A DNA stretch of 64,000 nucleotides from Acidobacteriota bacterium (GTDB lineage Bacteria; Acidobacteriota; UBA6911; RPQK01; JADFOI01): positions 3,530,684 to 3,594,683 of the forward strand of contig OY760074.1 of assembly GCA_963663035.1 (NCBI GenBank). Reading direction: 5' to 3'. The notes below the pieces were generated by a model. The model worked only from the letters and a program-made list of their open reading frames with translations. It had not been told where the DNA came from and did no database searches. Positions 18,458-28,189 of the stretch are shown piece after piece (position 1 is the stretch's first letter; each line of letters opens with the position of its first letter). The position numbers and the translations under genes were made by a program.

Positions 18458-19990
18458 CCGCAATTATTCATAAGTTTGGGGTGAGTGTCGATTTTCTGCG
18501 GAAGTTCAGGGCTGAGAGTGTGTTCAGGTGCGATTACAAGGCGTCCAAGCTTGTTGAGCCGAATAGAGATGAAGCGAGAGCCCCTTCCGGAAACAGCTCG
18601 GCCCGCAGGGGGCTGTATATCTGTGTTGGCGCAGGGAGTCAGGGGACCGTCAGGTGGGACACAGACGGTGCATCAGTAATGCGAAGAGCTTTTGTTCGGG
18701 ATAAGACGATGCCAGGTGCACCCAGATGCGACGAGAAGTTTCCCGAACCCGGGCACCGATTTTGAACAGGCGGCGGCGGAGCGTCTCAATCTCCAGGTTG
18801 TGCCAGGGAGTCCCGCACAGGTAATCCCGCAGGCGCAGGATTAAGACATAGGCCAGGGCGTGGATGAAGAGTCGGAACTGGTTGGCCAGGAAACGGTGGC
18901 AGCTCAAGCGATCCATGGCCAGATCTTTTTTGAAAGCTTTCACGAAGTTCTCGCACTGGCCCCGTCCGATGTAGTGGTCATACAGCTGCCCGGCCGTGAG
19001 ATCCTGGCGGTTGGTGACCACAAAGCGACGGTTGAACCCGCGCTCGCTCACTTCCACCTTGGCCACCATGCGCCGCTCCCGGTCCCAACTGTCGGCCTGA
19101 TAGACGAGCTCGGTGAACTGGCGTTGCTTTTCTCCTGAGTCGTCATAGTCTGCTTGCACCTGCTCAACCAAGGGCTCGACGGTGGCCGCCAGCCGGGAGT
19201 TGCGGGCAAAGCCCACCACATACTGCAGTTTTTCCTCCTCACAGAACTCGTACAGTGCCGGCGTCGCAAAGCCACTGTCGGCTCGCACTTCGATCGGAAC
19301 ATCGGATCCCAGAACCTGGCGCATCCGGGCCACCACCCGTTTGAGAACCGCCACCGCGTGGACGGCCGCCCCCTGGTTGCCGGGCCGCAGTAGCGCACAT
19401 ACCAGATCGCCCGTCTCGCCATCGAATAGCAACAGCGGATGATACATGTGCTCGCGATAATAGCCGTGGTAAAAGCTGAACTCCTGCTGCCCATGCGTGA
19501 CGTCATCCGTGCTGTCGATGTCCAGGATGATCTTCTCGGGCCGGCTCTTCTTGCGGTGCTTCAAGTAGGTCTCCAGCAGCCACTGTCCCAGGCGAGTGAG
19601 ATCCTTCGAGTCCACCGAGTTCTCCAGTCGCGACAGCGTGGGTTGAGAAGCCAGATCCGGATCGCTTTCCGGCAGCCGATCACACACGGTCTTGAAGATG
19701 GGATCCGAGCGCAAGCTGTCGGCATCGTTGCAGTCCTCATAGCCGGCCACGATCTGAAAGCTGCGCTGGGTGAGCAGTTCGCGAATCTGGTGGCGGACGT
19801 AGCGGCTATCTCGAGCGTCCTTCAGGCAGGAGGCAAAGCCAGCCGTCAGTCCGTGCTGTTGATCCAGGGCGTACAGACACAGCAGCCCGGCATCGGAGGA
19901 GAGCCGGCCTCCATCGAATCGAGCCACCACTTTTCTGTCAGGGTGAGATGGCAAGTTGATCTGGCAGACTGATGCATCGCTGGGTCGTGT
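18458..19990 (-). mobile_element. IS1380-family insertion sequence, left end missing
   Basis: Terminal CCGCAATTATTCAT at 18458 downstream of the transposase; no matching repeat upstream, where the sequence joins pyk directly. Confidence 0.8.
18650..19954 (-). CDS. IS1380-family DDE transposase (start codon apparently lost)
   Basis: FDGGRLSSDAG, ASQPTLSRLEN, ILDIDST, VRADSGF, RGQCEN..K, RRRLFKIG; frame open to 19996 without an ATG. Confidence 0.9.
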   Translation of the reverse strand: MPSHPDRKVVARFDGGRLSSDAGLLCLYALDQQHGLTAGFASCLKDARDSRYVRHQIRELLTQRSFQIVAGYEDCNDADSLRSDPIFKTVCDRLPESDPDLASQPTLSRLENSVDSKDLTRLGQWLLETYLKHRKKSRPEKIILDIDSTDDVTHGQQEFSFYHGYYREHMYHPLLLFDGETGDLVCALLRPGNQGAAVHAVAVLKRVVARMRQVLGSDVPIEVRADSGFATPALYEFCEEEKLQYVVGFARNSRLAATVEPLVEQVQADYDDSGEKQRQFTELVYQADSWDRERRMVAKVEVSERGFNRRFVVTNRQDLTAGQLYDHYIGRGQCENFVKAFKKDLAMDRLSCHRFLANQFRLFIHALAYVLILRLRDYLCGTPWHNLEIETLRRRLFKIGARVRETSRRIWVHLASSYPEQKLFALLMHRLCPT

Positions 19991-21392
19991 GCAGCTTCAT
20001 CAAACTGGTGTGCCCCTTTTCCACAATCGGAGCTCCGGTCAGGATGATCAGGTTGTCGCCTTCTTCCACCTGATTCCGTTCCAGCAGAAGCTTTTCGAGC
20101 GCATCAATCAACTCGTCCACGTTGCTGATTGCCTGCATGCGTGAGGGCTGAACTCCCCAGTAAAGGGCCATTCGGTTCACGATTTCAGGGCTTGGCGTGA
20201 GGCCCAGAATCTCAGTTGAAGGTCGATATTTGGAGATCAAGCGAGCCGTGGAGCCGCTTTGGGTAAAGGCGACGATGGCACGGGCCTGAATAGATTTGGA
20301 GGCGTGATAGGCGGCATCACAAACGGCTTCCGGAAAGGAGAGCGTCCGGGGTTTCCCAAGTCGCTCCGAATGTGCTCCAGCATCCATCTTCTCAACCTCT
20401 TTGATGATATTGGCCATCATGGCCACGGACTCCACCGGGTACTGGCCCACAGCGGTTTCACCAGAAAGCATGACTGCGTCGGTTCCATCCAGGACGGCGT
20501 TGGCCACGTCCGAGGCCTCGGCCCGTGTGGGGCGGGGATTATGAATCATGGAATCCAGCATTTGGGTGGCGGTGATGACTAATTTCCCTTTCTTGTTGGC
20601 TTCCTTAATGATGTGCTTTTGAATGACAGGCACCTTTTCTGGTGCCATTTCCACCCCAAGGTCACCGCGAGCGACCATAACCCCTTCACAAACGTTCATG
20701 ATGGCATCCAGGTTCTCTATGGCCATCGGCTTTTCCAGTTTGGCAATCACCGGCGCGTCCCAGTTTTTTCCTGCTAGCCGCTCCTTAAACTTGAGGATGT
20801 CCTGGGGCTTTCGAATGAAAGACAGGGCCAGGTAATCGATCTCTTGCTCTGCTCCAAATTCCAGGTCTAGCAAGTCTTTTTCAGTCAGGGAGTCAGCAGA
20901 GATGTCTACCTTGGGCAGGTTGATGCCCTGGTTCTGGGCCAGTGTGCCGCCGGCCACAACCTCACACTCCACACTGTTGCTGGTGGTCGTGAGCACCCGT
21001 AGCTCGATCAGACCATCAGAGAGGAGAACCCGATCCCCCGGTTGAAGGTCTTGAGGAAGAGCCAGGTACGAAGTCGAGACACCTTCCTTGTTGCCCGCAA
21101 CAGAGTCGGTTGTGAGGACAAACTTTTGGCCTGCAGTAAGCTCGACAGGTGTTCCATTTTCCAGCTGACCCGTCCGGATCTTCAGCCCCTGAAGATCTTG
21201 GAGGATAGCAACGGGCTTCTCCATCGCCGTGGAGAGCATGCGGATGTTGGCAATCGTCTGGCGATGGGAGTCGTGATCACCGTGAGAGAAGTTGAGCCGC
21301 GCCACATCCATGCCTGCCTGGATGAGCTTCTGAAGTATTTCCGGGGACTCACTGGCCGGACCAAGAGTGGCAACAATTTTTGCTCTTCGCAT
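19938..21392 (-). CDS. pyk: Pyruvate kinase
   Basis: KIVATLGPAS, RLNFSHG, DLQG, MVARGDLG, ATQMLDSM, MLSGETA; final ~15 aa run into IS sequence. Confidence 0.95.
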   Translation of the reverse strand: MRRAKIVATLGPASESPEILQKLIQAGMDVARLNFSHGDHDSHRQTIANIRMLSTAMEKPVAILQDLQGLKIRTGQLENGTPVELTAGQKFVLTTDSVAGNKEGVSTSYLALPQDLQPGDRVLLSDGLIELRVLTTTSNSVECEVVAGGTLAQNQGINLPKVDISADSLTEKDLLDLEFGAEQEIDYLALSFIRKPQDILKFKERLAGKNWDAPVIAKLEKPMAIENLDAIMNVCEGVMVARGDLGVEMAPEKVPVIQKHIIKEANKKGKLVITATQMLDSMIHNPRPTRAEASDVANAVLDGTDAVMLSGETAVGQYPVESVAMMANIIKEVEKMDAGAHSERLGKPRTLSFPEAVCDAAYHASKSIQARAIVAFTQSGSTARLISKYRPSTEILGLTPSPEIVNRMALYWGVQPSRMQAISNVDELIDALEKLLLERNQVEEGDNLIILTGAPIVEKGHTSLMKLHTTQRCISLPDQLAISP

Positions 21393-21457
21393 AAGAAGAG
21401 GGTTTAGGTTACCATAGAGCGCTGATTAGACTGATTTCCTCTGGAGCCTTTGCCCGA

Positions 21458-22039
21458 ATGAAAGTGGCCCGCCAAGATGCGCAAGAACTGCTGAACCAAT
21501 ACACCAAGGGTGAAAGTCTGATCAGGCACGCCCTGGCCGTGGAAGCAGCAATGCAGGCCTACGCCCGCAAGTTTGGTGAGGATGAAGAAAGGTGGGGGGT
21601 GGCTGGCCTTCTTCATGATTTTGACTATGAACAAAACCCTGACCCCAAAGACCATCCGCGAGTGGGTGGCGTTATTCTTAAGGATCGAGGCTATCCGGAG
21701 GACATCATCCATGCCATTCAGGCACATGCCGAGCATATGCACGTGCCCAGAGAAAGCTTGATGGATAAAGCCCTGTTTGCAGTGGATGAGTTATGCGGCT
21801 TTCTTACAGCCACTACTCTGGTGCGGCCAGGGAAAAAGATTGCCGAGGTGCCCGTGAAGTCGGTAAAAAAGAAATTGAAAGACAAACATTTTGCCCGAGG
21901 GGTCAATCGAGAGGAGATTCGACAGGGTGCGGCAGAATTGAACATTGAGCTGGATGAGCATATCGCGTTTGTTCGAGATGCCATGGCCCAGGTGGCTGAG
22001 GATCTTGGACTGGCCGGGCCGGGCGAAGAGAAAGGGTAA
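21458..22039 (+). CDS. HD-domain (HDIG) hydrolase
   Basis: H..AV, GLLHDFDYE, HP, AIQAH, AVDEL, FARGVNRE. Confidence 0.88.
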   Translation: MKVARQDAQELLNQYTKGESLIRHALAVEAAMQAYARKFGEDEERWGVAGLLHDFDYEQNPDPKDHPRVGGVILKDRGYPEDIIHAIQAHAEHMHVPRESLMDKALFAVDELCGFLTATTLVRPGKKIAEVPVKSVKKKLKDKHFARGVNREEIRQGAAELNIELDEHIAFVRDAMAQVAEDLGLAGPGEEKG

Positions 22040-22048
22040 GGGGATGTT

Positions 22049-24088
22049 ATGAGTGAAAAAGACTCAGTGGAAGTCAGCGAAGCGGAAATTGCGGTTCACT
22101 GGCAGGAAGAGAAGTTAATTCACCCTTCAGAAGAATTTATCGCTCAGGCCAACATGACGGATCCGGGTATTTATGAGCGGTTTAGTTTGGATCATTTCCC
22201 GGAATGCTACAGGGAATATGCTGACCTTTTGAGTTGGTATGAATCTTGGCAGACAACACTTGATACCAGTGACGCTCCCTGCTGGAAGTGGTTTGTGGGG
22301 GGCCAGATCAATGCTTGTTACAACTGCGTCGATAGACATCTGAAACAGTACAAGAACAAGGCTGCTTTCATTTATGTGCCGGAGCCGGAGGCTGAACCTC
22401 ATGTGACCTTAACTTTTCAGGAGCTGTATGTGAGGGTCAATGAGCTGGCAGTGCTGCTCAGAGACTTTGCCGGGCTCAAGGCCGGTGATCGTGTGACGCT
22501 GCATATGCCGATGGTGCCAGAGCTTCCCATCACCATGCTGGCCTGTGCCAGACTGGGTGTGATCCACTCTGAGGTCTATGGAGGATTCAGTGGAAAAGCC
22601 TGTGGGGAAAGGATCGCAGACTCTGGAAGTCGTGTCTTGATCACCATTGATGGGTACTATCGCTCGGGTCGGCTGCTGGACCACAAGAAGAACGCCGATA
22701 TTGCCGTGAAGGTGTCACAGGAAGAAGGCCAAGAGGTCGACAAGGTCCTGGTGTGGAGACGCTATCCTGAGAAGTCTGTCTCTGAGGCCCCCATGGTGGC
22801 CGGGCGTGATTTCTTTGTGGACGAAGTGTTGAAGGATTTTTCTGGCAGCAGAGTGGATCCCGTCCCCATGCCCGCGGAAGACCCTCTCTTCATTATGTAC
22901 ACCAGCGGGACAACAGGTAAACCAAAGGGCTGTCAACACGGTATAGGAGGCTATCTGGCCTATGTGACCGGTACTTCCAAGTATGTTCAGGACATCCATC
23001 CGGAAGATGTGTATTGGTGTATGGCGGACATTGGTTGGATTACAGGCCATTCCTACATCGTTTACGGGCCGCTTGCCCTTGCTACCACCGGCGTCTTGTA
23101 CGAAGGGGTCCCCAACTATCCCGATGCCGGGCGCGCCTGGAGAATAGCCGAGCAGCTGGATGTCAATATCTTCCACACCGCGCCGACGACAATACGAATG
23201 TTGCGAAAAGCTGGCCCTGATGAGCCACGGAAGTATAACTACCGCTTTAAACATATGACGACGGTGGGAGAGCCAATAGAACCGGAGGTATGGAAGTGGT
23301 ATCACAAGTCGGTTGGTAAGGGCCAAGCGGTTATCGTCGATACCTGGTGGCAGACGGAAACAGGAGGCTTTCTCTGCAGCACAATGCCGGCTCTTCAGCC
23401 TATGAAGCCTGGAAGCGCCGGTCCCAGCGTGCCCGGTATCCACCCGGTCATCTATGACGAGGAGGGAAATGAGGTTGAAGCGGGATCTGGTGTGGCGGGA
23501 AATATTTGCATCAGGAACCCATGGCCTGGGGCATTTCAGACCATATGGGGAGATCGTGAGCGGTACGTGTCAACCTATTATGCCAAGTATTGCAAAAATG
23601 CCGACAGTAAGGACTGGCAGGACTGGCCCTATTTCACCGGGGATGCTGCAACCCAGGCTGCAGATGGCTATTTCCGAATATTAGGCAGAATAGATGATGT
23701 GATTAATGTCGCTGGCCACCGGTTGGGCACAAAAGAACTAGAATCCGCTTGTCTGACTGTCCCGGCAGTTGCCGAAGCCTCGGTCGTCCCCCTGGCCGAT
23801 GAAGTCAAAGGCCGAGTACCCGATATCTATGTGTCCCTCAAGCCGGAGCACGAGCCCAGCGAAGAGATAGAAAAGGCAGTGACAAAGGCTATTGAGACCA
23901 CAATTGGCAAAATCGCCAGGCCCAAACACGTCTATATCGTTCCCGATATGCCCAAGACCCGCTCTGGAAAGATTATGCGCCGAGTGCTGGCGGCTATTTC
24001 CAACGGAACTGACGTGGGTGATGTCACTACACTAGCGAACCCTGACATCGTCGAAGGAATTCGCAAACTGGTTCAGGGGAGTGAGTAG
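22049..24088 (+). CDS. acs: Acetyl-CoA synthetase
   Basis: YTSGTTGKPKG, ADIGWITGHSY, DTWWQTETG, GRIDDVINVAGHR, PKTRSGKIMRR. Confidence 0.95.
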   Translation: MSEKDSVEVSEAEIAVHWQEEKLIHPSEEFIAQANMTDPGIYERFSLDHFPECYREYADLLSWYESWQTTLDTSDAPCWKWFVGGQINACYNCVDRHLKQYKNKAAFIYVPEPEAEPHVTLTFQELYVRVNELAVLLRDFAGLKAGDRVTLHMPMVPELPITMLACARLGVIHSEVYGGFSGKACGERIADSGSRVLITIDGYYRSGRLLDHKKNADIAVKVSQEEGQEVDKVLVWRRYPEKSVSEAPMVAGRDFFVDEVLKDFSGSRVDPVPMPAEDPLFIMYTSGTTGKPKGCQHGIGGYLAYVTGTSKYVQDIHPEDVYWCMADIGWITGHSYIVYGPLALATTGVLYEGVPNYPDAGRAWRIAEQLDVNIFHTAPTTIRMLRKAGPDEPRKYNYRFKHMTTVGEPIEPEVWKWYHKSVGKGQAVIVDTWWQTETGGFLCSTMPALQPMKPGSAGPSVPGIHPVIYDEEGNEVEAGSGVAGNICIRNPWPGAFQTIWGDRERYVSTYYAKYCKNADSKDWQDWPYFTGDAATQAADGYFRILGRIDDVINVAGHRLGTKELESACLTVPAVAEASVVPLADEVKGRVPDIYVSLKPEHEPSEEIEKAVTKAIETTIGKIARPKHVYIVPDMPKTRSGKIMRRVLAAISNGTDVGDVTTLANPDIVEGIRKLVQGSE

Positions 24089-24254
24089 CGGGCACTTCTC
24101 ACACCCGCTCTACTGCATCGGCGCAATGATCCGACCTGACTGAGTTGCACGACCCGCAAGCGGGTACCCCTCGTGCGCCCGTGGGCTTTAGCCCACGGCT
24201 CTGTTTTCCGACCCTTCCGCCGCTTCGCTACGACCTGGTGTGAGAAATGCGGGC
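24088..24254. mobile_element. MITE at acs stop codon, carrying one REP palindrome
   Basis: Ends GCACTTCTCACACC / GGTGTGAGAAATGCGGGC; near-identical to 31623-31819. Confidence 0.85.
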
Positions 24255-24270
24255 TGGCCCGCTTGCACCT

Positions 24271-25440
24271 TCATTCAAAGGCCGCAATTCCTGTGATGCT
24301 TTGGCCCAGAATCAGGGTGTGAATGTCGTGCGTTCCCTCGTAAGTGGAAACCGTCTCCAGGTTGGCCAGGTGGCGAAAGACGGGATAGTCGCTCAGAATC
24401 CCGTTTGCTCCCAAGATGTCCCGGGCCACACGAGCCACCTTTAGAGCCATGGCCACGTTATTGCGCTTGGCCATCGAGATTTGGTCGTGGCGGACTTTCC
24501 CCGCATCTTTGAGCTGCCCCAGACGGAAGGCCAGTAGTTGAGCCTTGGTAATCTCCGTGAGCATGTTGACCAGCTTGTTTTGGACCAATTGGTGAGAGGC
24601 AATGGGCTTGCCGCCAAATTGCTTGCGTTCCAGCGACCAGCGTCTTGCCGTCTCGTAACAGGTCATGGCGCTGCCCACAGCTCCCCAGGCAATTCCGTAG
24701 CGGGCCTGGTTCAGACACTTGAGAGCATCTCTCAGGCCTTCAGTCTGAGGGAGAAGATTGGACTGAGGAATCCGGCAGTTGTCAAAGACTAGTTCCGAGG
24801 TGACGGATGCCCTCAGGGAGTGCTTGTTGTGGTAGTCCTTGGTTGCAAAGCCGGCCCTCCCTTTCTCTACCAGAAAGCCGCGTATGCGCTTGTCAGGGCA
24901 GCGAGCCCAGACAAGCGCAATATCTGCAATACTTCCGTTGGTGATCCAGGCCTTGGTACCGTTCAGGATGTAGTCGTTGCCCTCTTTGCGAGCGCTGGTT
25001 CGCATCCCGGCTGGATTGGAGCCGAAGTCTGGTTCGGTGAGTCCAAAGCAACCGATTGCTGTCCCCGATTGAAGTCGGGGCAGCCATTTCTCCTTCTGCT
25101 CGTCGCTCCCAAAAGTAAAGAGAGGAAACATGACCAGAGCACTCTGAACAGATCCGAAGCTGCGCACTCCACTATCGCCCCGCTCCAACTCCTGCATAAT
25201 CAGCCCATAAGCAATGCTGTTCAATCCTGCGCATCCGTAGCCCTGCAGATTGGCTCCAAAGTAACCCAGTTCAGCCATTGGCTTGACCAGTTCCACGGGA
25301 AAAGTTCCCTTGATGTAGTGATCTGCGATGATCGGAATGACCTGATCTTCCACGAAGGAGCGGCCGCTGTCGCGGACGAGTATCTCCTCATCGCTGAGGA
25401 GATCTTCAATACCCATGAAGTCCACACCCTCGAAGGCCAT
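24271..25440 (-). CDS. gcdH: Acyl-CoA dehydrogenase, glutaryl-CoA dehydrogenase-like
   Basis: ELERGDSGVRS, GCFGLTEPDFGSNP, SLRASVT, ARYGIAWG, TYEGTHDIH. Confidence 0.85.
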   Translation of the reverse strand: MAFEGVDFMGIEDLLSDEEILVRDSGRSFVEDQVIPIIADHYIKGTFPVELVKPMAELGYFGANLQGYGCAGLNSIAYGLIMQELERGDSGVRSFGSVQSALVMFPLFTFGSDEQKEKWLPRLQSGTAIGCFGLTEPDFGSNPAGMRTSARKEGNDYILNGTKAWITNGSIADIALVWARCPDKRIRGFLVEKGRAGFATKDYHNKHSLRASVTSELVFDNCRIPQSNLLPQTEGLRDALKCLNQARYGIAWGAVGSAMTCYETARRWSLERKQFGGKPIASHQLVQNKLVNMLTEITKAQLLAFRLGQLKDAGKVRHDQISMAKRNNVAMALKVARVARDILGANGILSDYPVFRHLANLETVSTYEGTHDIHTLILGQSITGIAAFE

Positions 25441-25504
25441 GGCAAGGAAATATAACATACAAGGGGATGGCCAGTATTTTCAGCGAATGTGTTATAAAGG
25501 AGCG

Positions 25505-26506
25505 ATGCTCATTGGCTTAACGGGTCCCAACGCTGCTGGCAAGGGGGAGGTCGTTAACTTCCTCAAAAACAAGGGGTTTTACCCGTACTCCCTATCTGAC
25601 GTCATTCGCGACGAAGTCAGTAAAAGAGGATTGGAGATCACACGCGAGAGATTGATTGAGGTGGGGAAAGAATTGCGTGGTGAGAACGGGAACGGTGTTC
25701 TGGCTGATCGGATTCTCGACGGAATCGAGGAGGATAAGAATTATGTCGTCGACTCCTTTCGGCACCCCGATGAAGTGAAGGTATTTCAGGCTCGTCCCGA
25801 GTTCTCACTTCTCTTGATTCAAGCCAAGCCCGAAGTACGTTTCGCGAGGATTCGCGAACGGAAACGGGAGAGTGACCCGGCAACCCTCGAAGAGTTTTTG
25901 GATCTGGAGGAACGGGAAGCAGCCAGTAAGGATTGGCAAGGCCAACAACTTGCGGCCTGTGCAGCGATGGCTGAGTTTGAGATTGCCAACAACGGATCCC
26001 TGGAGGAGCTCACCCAGCAGCTTTCTGATCTGTTACAGCGCCTGATGGGCAATCTTGCCCGGCCGGATTGGGATGAGTATTTCATGAAATTGGCCAAGGT
26101 CGCGTCGCTGAGAAGTAATTGTGTAAAGCGAAAAGTCGCTGCTGTAATTGTTCGAGATAAGAGGGTTATTTCCACGGGTTATAACGGAACTCCTCGCGGA
26201 ACAAAAAATTGCTATGAAGGCGGTTGCCCACGCTGTAATAACCTCGCCGACAGCGGCACTCTCCTGGAAGAATGTCTCTGTTCGCATGGTGAGGAGAACG
26301 CCATCACCCAGGCCGCCTACCATGGGATGAGTGTCAAGGGAGGAGTGTTGTACACGACCTTTGCTCCCTGTCTGACCTGCACCAAGATGATCATCAATGC
26401 GGGCATTCAAGAGGTCGTTTACAATCTGGATTACCCACTGAACGAAACCTCTTTTAGGTTGCTCAAGGAAGCCGATGTGATATTCCGCCAACATCGGGTG
26501 GAGTAA
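25505..26506 (+). CDS. P-loop nucleoside kinase-like domain fused to dCMP deaminase
   Basis: IGLTGPNAAGKG N-terminal P-loop; RPDWDEYFM, GYNGTPRG, CSHGEENA, PCLTC Zn-deaminase motifs. Confidence 0.88.
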   Translation: MLIGLTGPNAAGKGEVVNFLKNKGFYPYSLSDVIRDEVSKRGLEITRERLIEVGKELRGENGNGVLADRILDGIEEDKNYVVDSFRHPDEVKVFQARPEFSLLLIQAKPEVRFARIRERKRESDPATLEEFLDLEEREAASKDWQGQQLAACAAMAEFEIANNGSLEELTQQLSDLLQRLMGNLARPDWDEYFMKLAKVASLRSNCVKRKVAAVIVRDKRVISTGYNGTPRGTKNCYEGGCPRCNNLADSGTLLEECLCSHGEENAITQAAYHGMSVKGGVLYTTFAPCLTCTKMIINAGIQEVVYNLDYPLNETSFRLLKEADVIFRQHRVE

Positions 26507-26518
26507 ATGGGAAGGTTG

Positions 26519-26547
26519 CTAGCCGGGATTTTGCATAATTCCGGCTA
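26519..26547. repeat. Short palindrome equal to the fused ends of the 63247 MITE
   Basis: CTAGCCGGGATTTTGCATAATTCCGGCTA versus TIR CTAGCCGGGATTATGCATA. Confidence 0.75.
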
Positions 26548-26561
26548 TGGGAGTGACTTCC

Positions 26562-26810
26562 ATGCTGGATCTTGTTTCGCTTTTCTTTTTCACCATGGCG
26601 ACTGGGGGATTCATCCTTTTCATGGTGAAGTACCCACACGGTTCAGAGATTCGACTGTGGGGGATTCGGTTGAGCTATGTGCTGGGCTTTGTCGGCGTAC
26701 TGGCCATGAGGCTCTACCGGGGCTCTTTCAGTGAGCTCTCACTCCTGATCGTCTCTTCTCTGGTGGTTTCCCTGGTAGCCTTCGAACTCTCAGTCAAATA
26801 CCTGGACTAG
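26562..26810 (+). CDS. Small membrane protein, unknown function
   Basis: Three hydrophobic segments; start ambiguous (26547 or 26562). Confidence 0.6.
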   Translation: MLDLVSLFFFTMATGGFILFMVKYPHGSEIRLWGIRLSYVLGFVGVLAMRLYRGSFSELSLLIVSSLVVSLVAFELSVKYLD

Positions 26811-26812
26811 CC

Positions 26813-28189
26813 CTAAAGACCAGCACGGGATAGTTCATCGAGAAAGTAAGCGGCGCTTCTGACCCCAGCGAAGAAATTATCCAGGTCCAGCTTCTCGTTC
26901 GGTGCGTGGGCGTTCTCATCCGGTAGGCCGATTCCCATGAGAACGGTGGGGATGTTCAGCAGTTCGGCAAAGGTTGCCACCACCGGAATAGACCCCCCCT
27001 CGCGCTGAAAGACCGGCTCCTTGCCAAATGCTTTTTCGAGAGCTTTTGCAGCTGCCACCAAAGCGGGATGATCCAGCGATGCAGCCCAGGGCTTTCCTCC
27101 GTGCATGCGGGTCATTTTCAGGTGCACCGATGGGGGAGCGAGTGAATGCACGTAATTCTCAAACAGATCTGCGATGGTGTCCGGATCTTGATCGGGAACC
27201 AGCCGCATGCTCACCTTCGCCATGGCTTGAGCGGGTAAGACCGTCTTAGCCCCTTCCCCGGTAAAGCCGCACTCCAGACCATTGATTTCGAAGGTGGGTC
27301 GCACCCAGAGCCGCTCCAGGGGCGTGTAGCCATCTTCGCCCGACAGTTGCGTTAGGCCAAACACTTGCTTGAAGTTTGCCTCGTCAAAAGGCAAGCGGGC
27401 ATACTCCTGCCGCTCTCTGTCTGTGACTTCCCGCACTGCATCATAAAAGTGAGGGATCATGACCCGGCCGTTTTCATTCTTCATTGCAGTTAAGATCTTG
27501 GAGAGCTCAAATCCCGGGTTCACAACCGTTCCTCCAAAGGATCCCGAGTGGAGGTCGGTATTGGCTCCCTGCAAATCAAGTTGGAAATAAACCAGGCCTC
27601 GCAGCCCGTAACAGAGTGAAGGAACCCCACGGGCAAACATTGCAGTATCGGAAATCATGCCGACATCAGACTTGAGCAGGTCTTGGTGGGTCTCAATGAA
27701 CTGATCTAAATGAGGACTGCCGATTTCCTCTTCACCTTCAATGAGGAACTTGATATTCACCGGAAGTTGTTGGCGAGTGTTCATGAATGCTTCAGCACTC
27801 TTGAAGTGGATGAACACCTGGCCCTTATCGTCAGCTGCCCCCCGTGCATAGAGCTCCCCCTGGCGAATGGTGGGTTCAAAGGGAGGCGTTTCCCAAAGCT
27901 CAATCGGGTCGACCGGCTGGACATCGTAATGCCCGTAGATCAAGAGGGTTGGTTTCGCTTCCTCCATAACCCGCTCGGCATAGACAATGGGATGCCCCTC
28001 GGTGGAAAAGATCTCCACCTTCTCCATGCCTGCCTCCTTCAGCTGATCCTTGACGAATTCTGCAGCTTTTCTGACGTCTTGTGTGTTGGAGGGATCAGTA
28101 CTGACACTGGGAATTCTCAAGAATTCTTTCAGTTCCTCCAGGTAGCGGTCCTGGTTTTTTTCAATGTAGTCGATGATCGCCTTCATCAC
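26813..28189 (-). CDS. M20-family dipeptidase
   Basis: YGHYDVQP, RGAADDKGQ, EGEEEIGS, DLHSG, EGGSIP, HAPNE. Confidence 0.92.
   Translation of the reverse strand: MMKAIIDYIEKNQDRYLEELKEFLRIPSVSTDPSNTQDVRKAAEFVKDQLKEAGMEKVEIFSTEGHPIVYAERVMEEAKPTLLIYGHYDVQPVDPIELWETPPFEPTIRQGELYARGAADDKGQVFIHFKSAEAFMNTRQQLPVNIKFLIEGEEEIGSPHLDQFIETHQDLLKSDVGMISDTAMFARGVPSLCYGLRGLVYFQLDLQGANTDLHSGSFGGTVVNPGFELSKILTAMKNENGRVMIPHFYDAVREVTDRERQEYARLPFDEANFKQVFGLTQLSGEDGYTPLERLWVRPTFEINGLECGFTGEGAKTVLPAQAMAKVSMRLVPDQDPDTIADLFENYVHSLAPPSVHLKMTRMHGGKPWAASLDHPALVAAAKALEKAFGKEPVFQREGGSIPVVATFAELLNIPTVLMGIGLPDENAHAPNEKLDLDNFFAGVRSAAYFLDELSRAGL

Noticed and set aside
26813-28189. M20 peptidase as the missing ArgE
   Set aside because: Motifs fit the dipeptidase subgroup, and it is coupled to purB, not the arg operon
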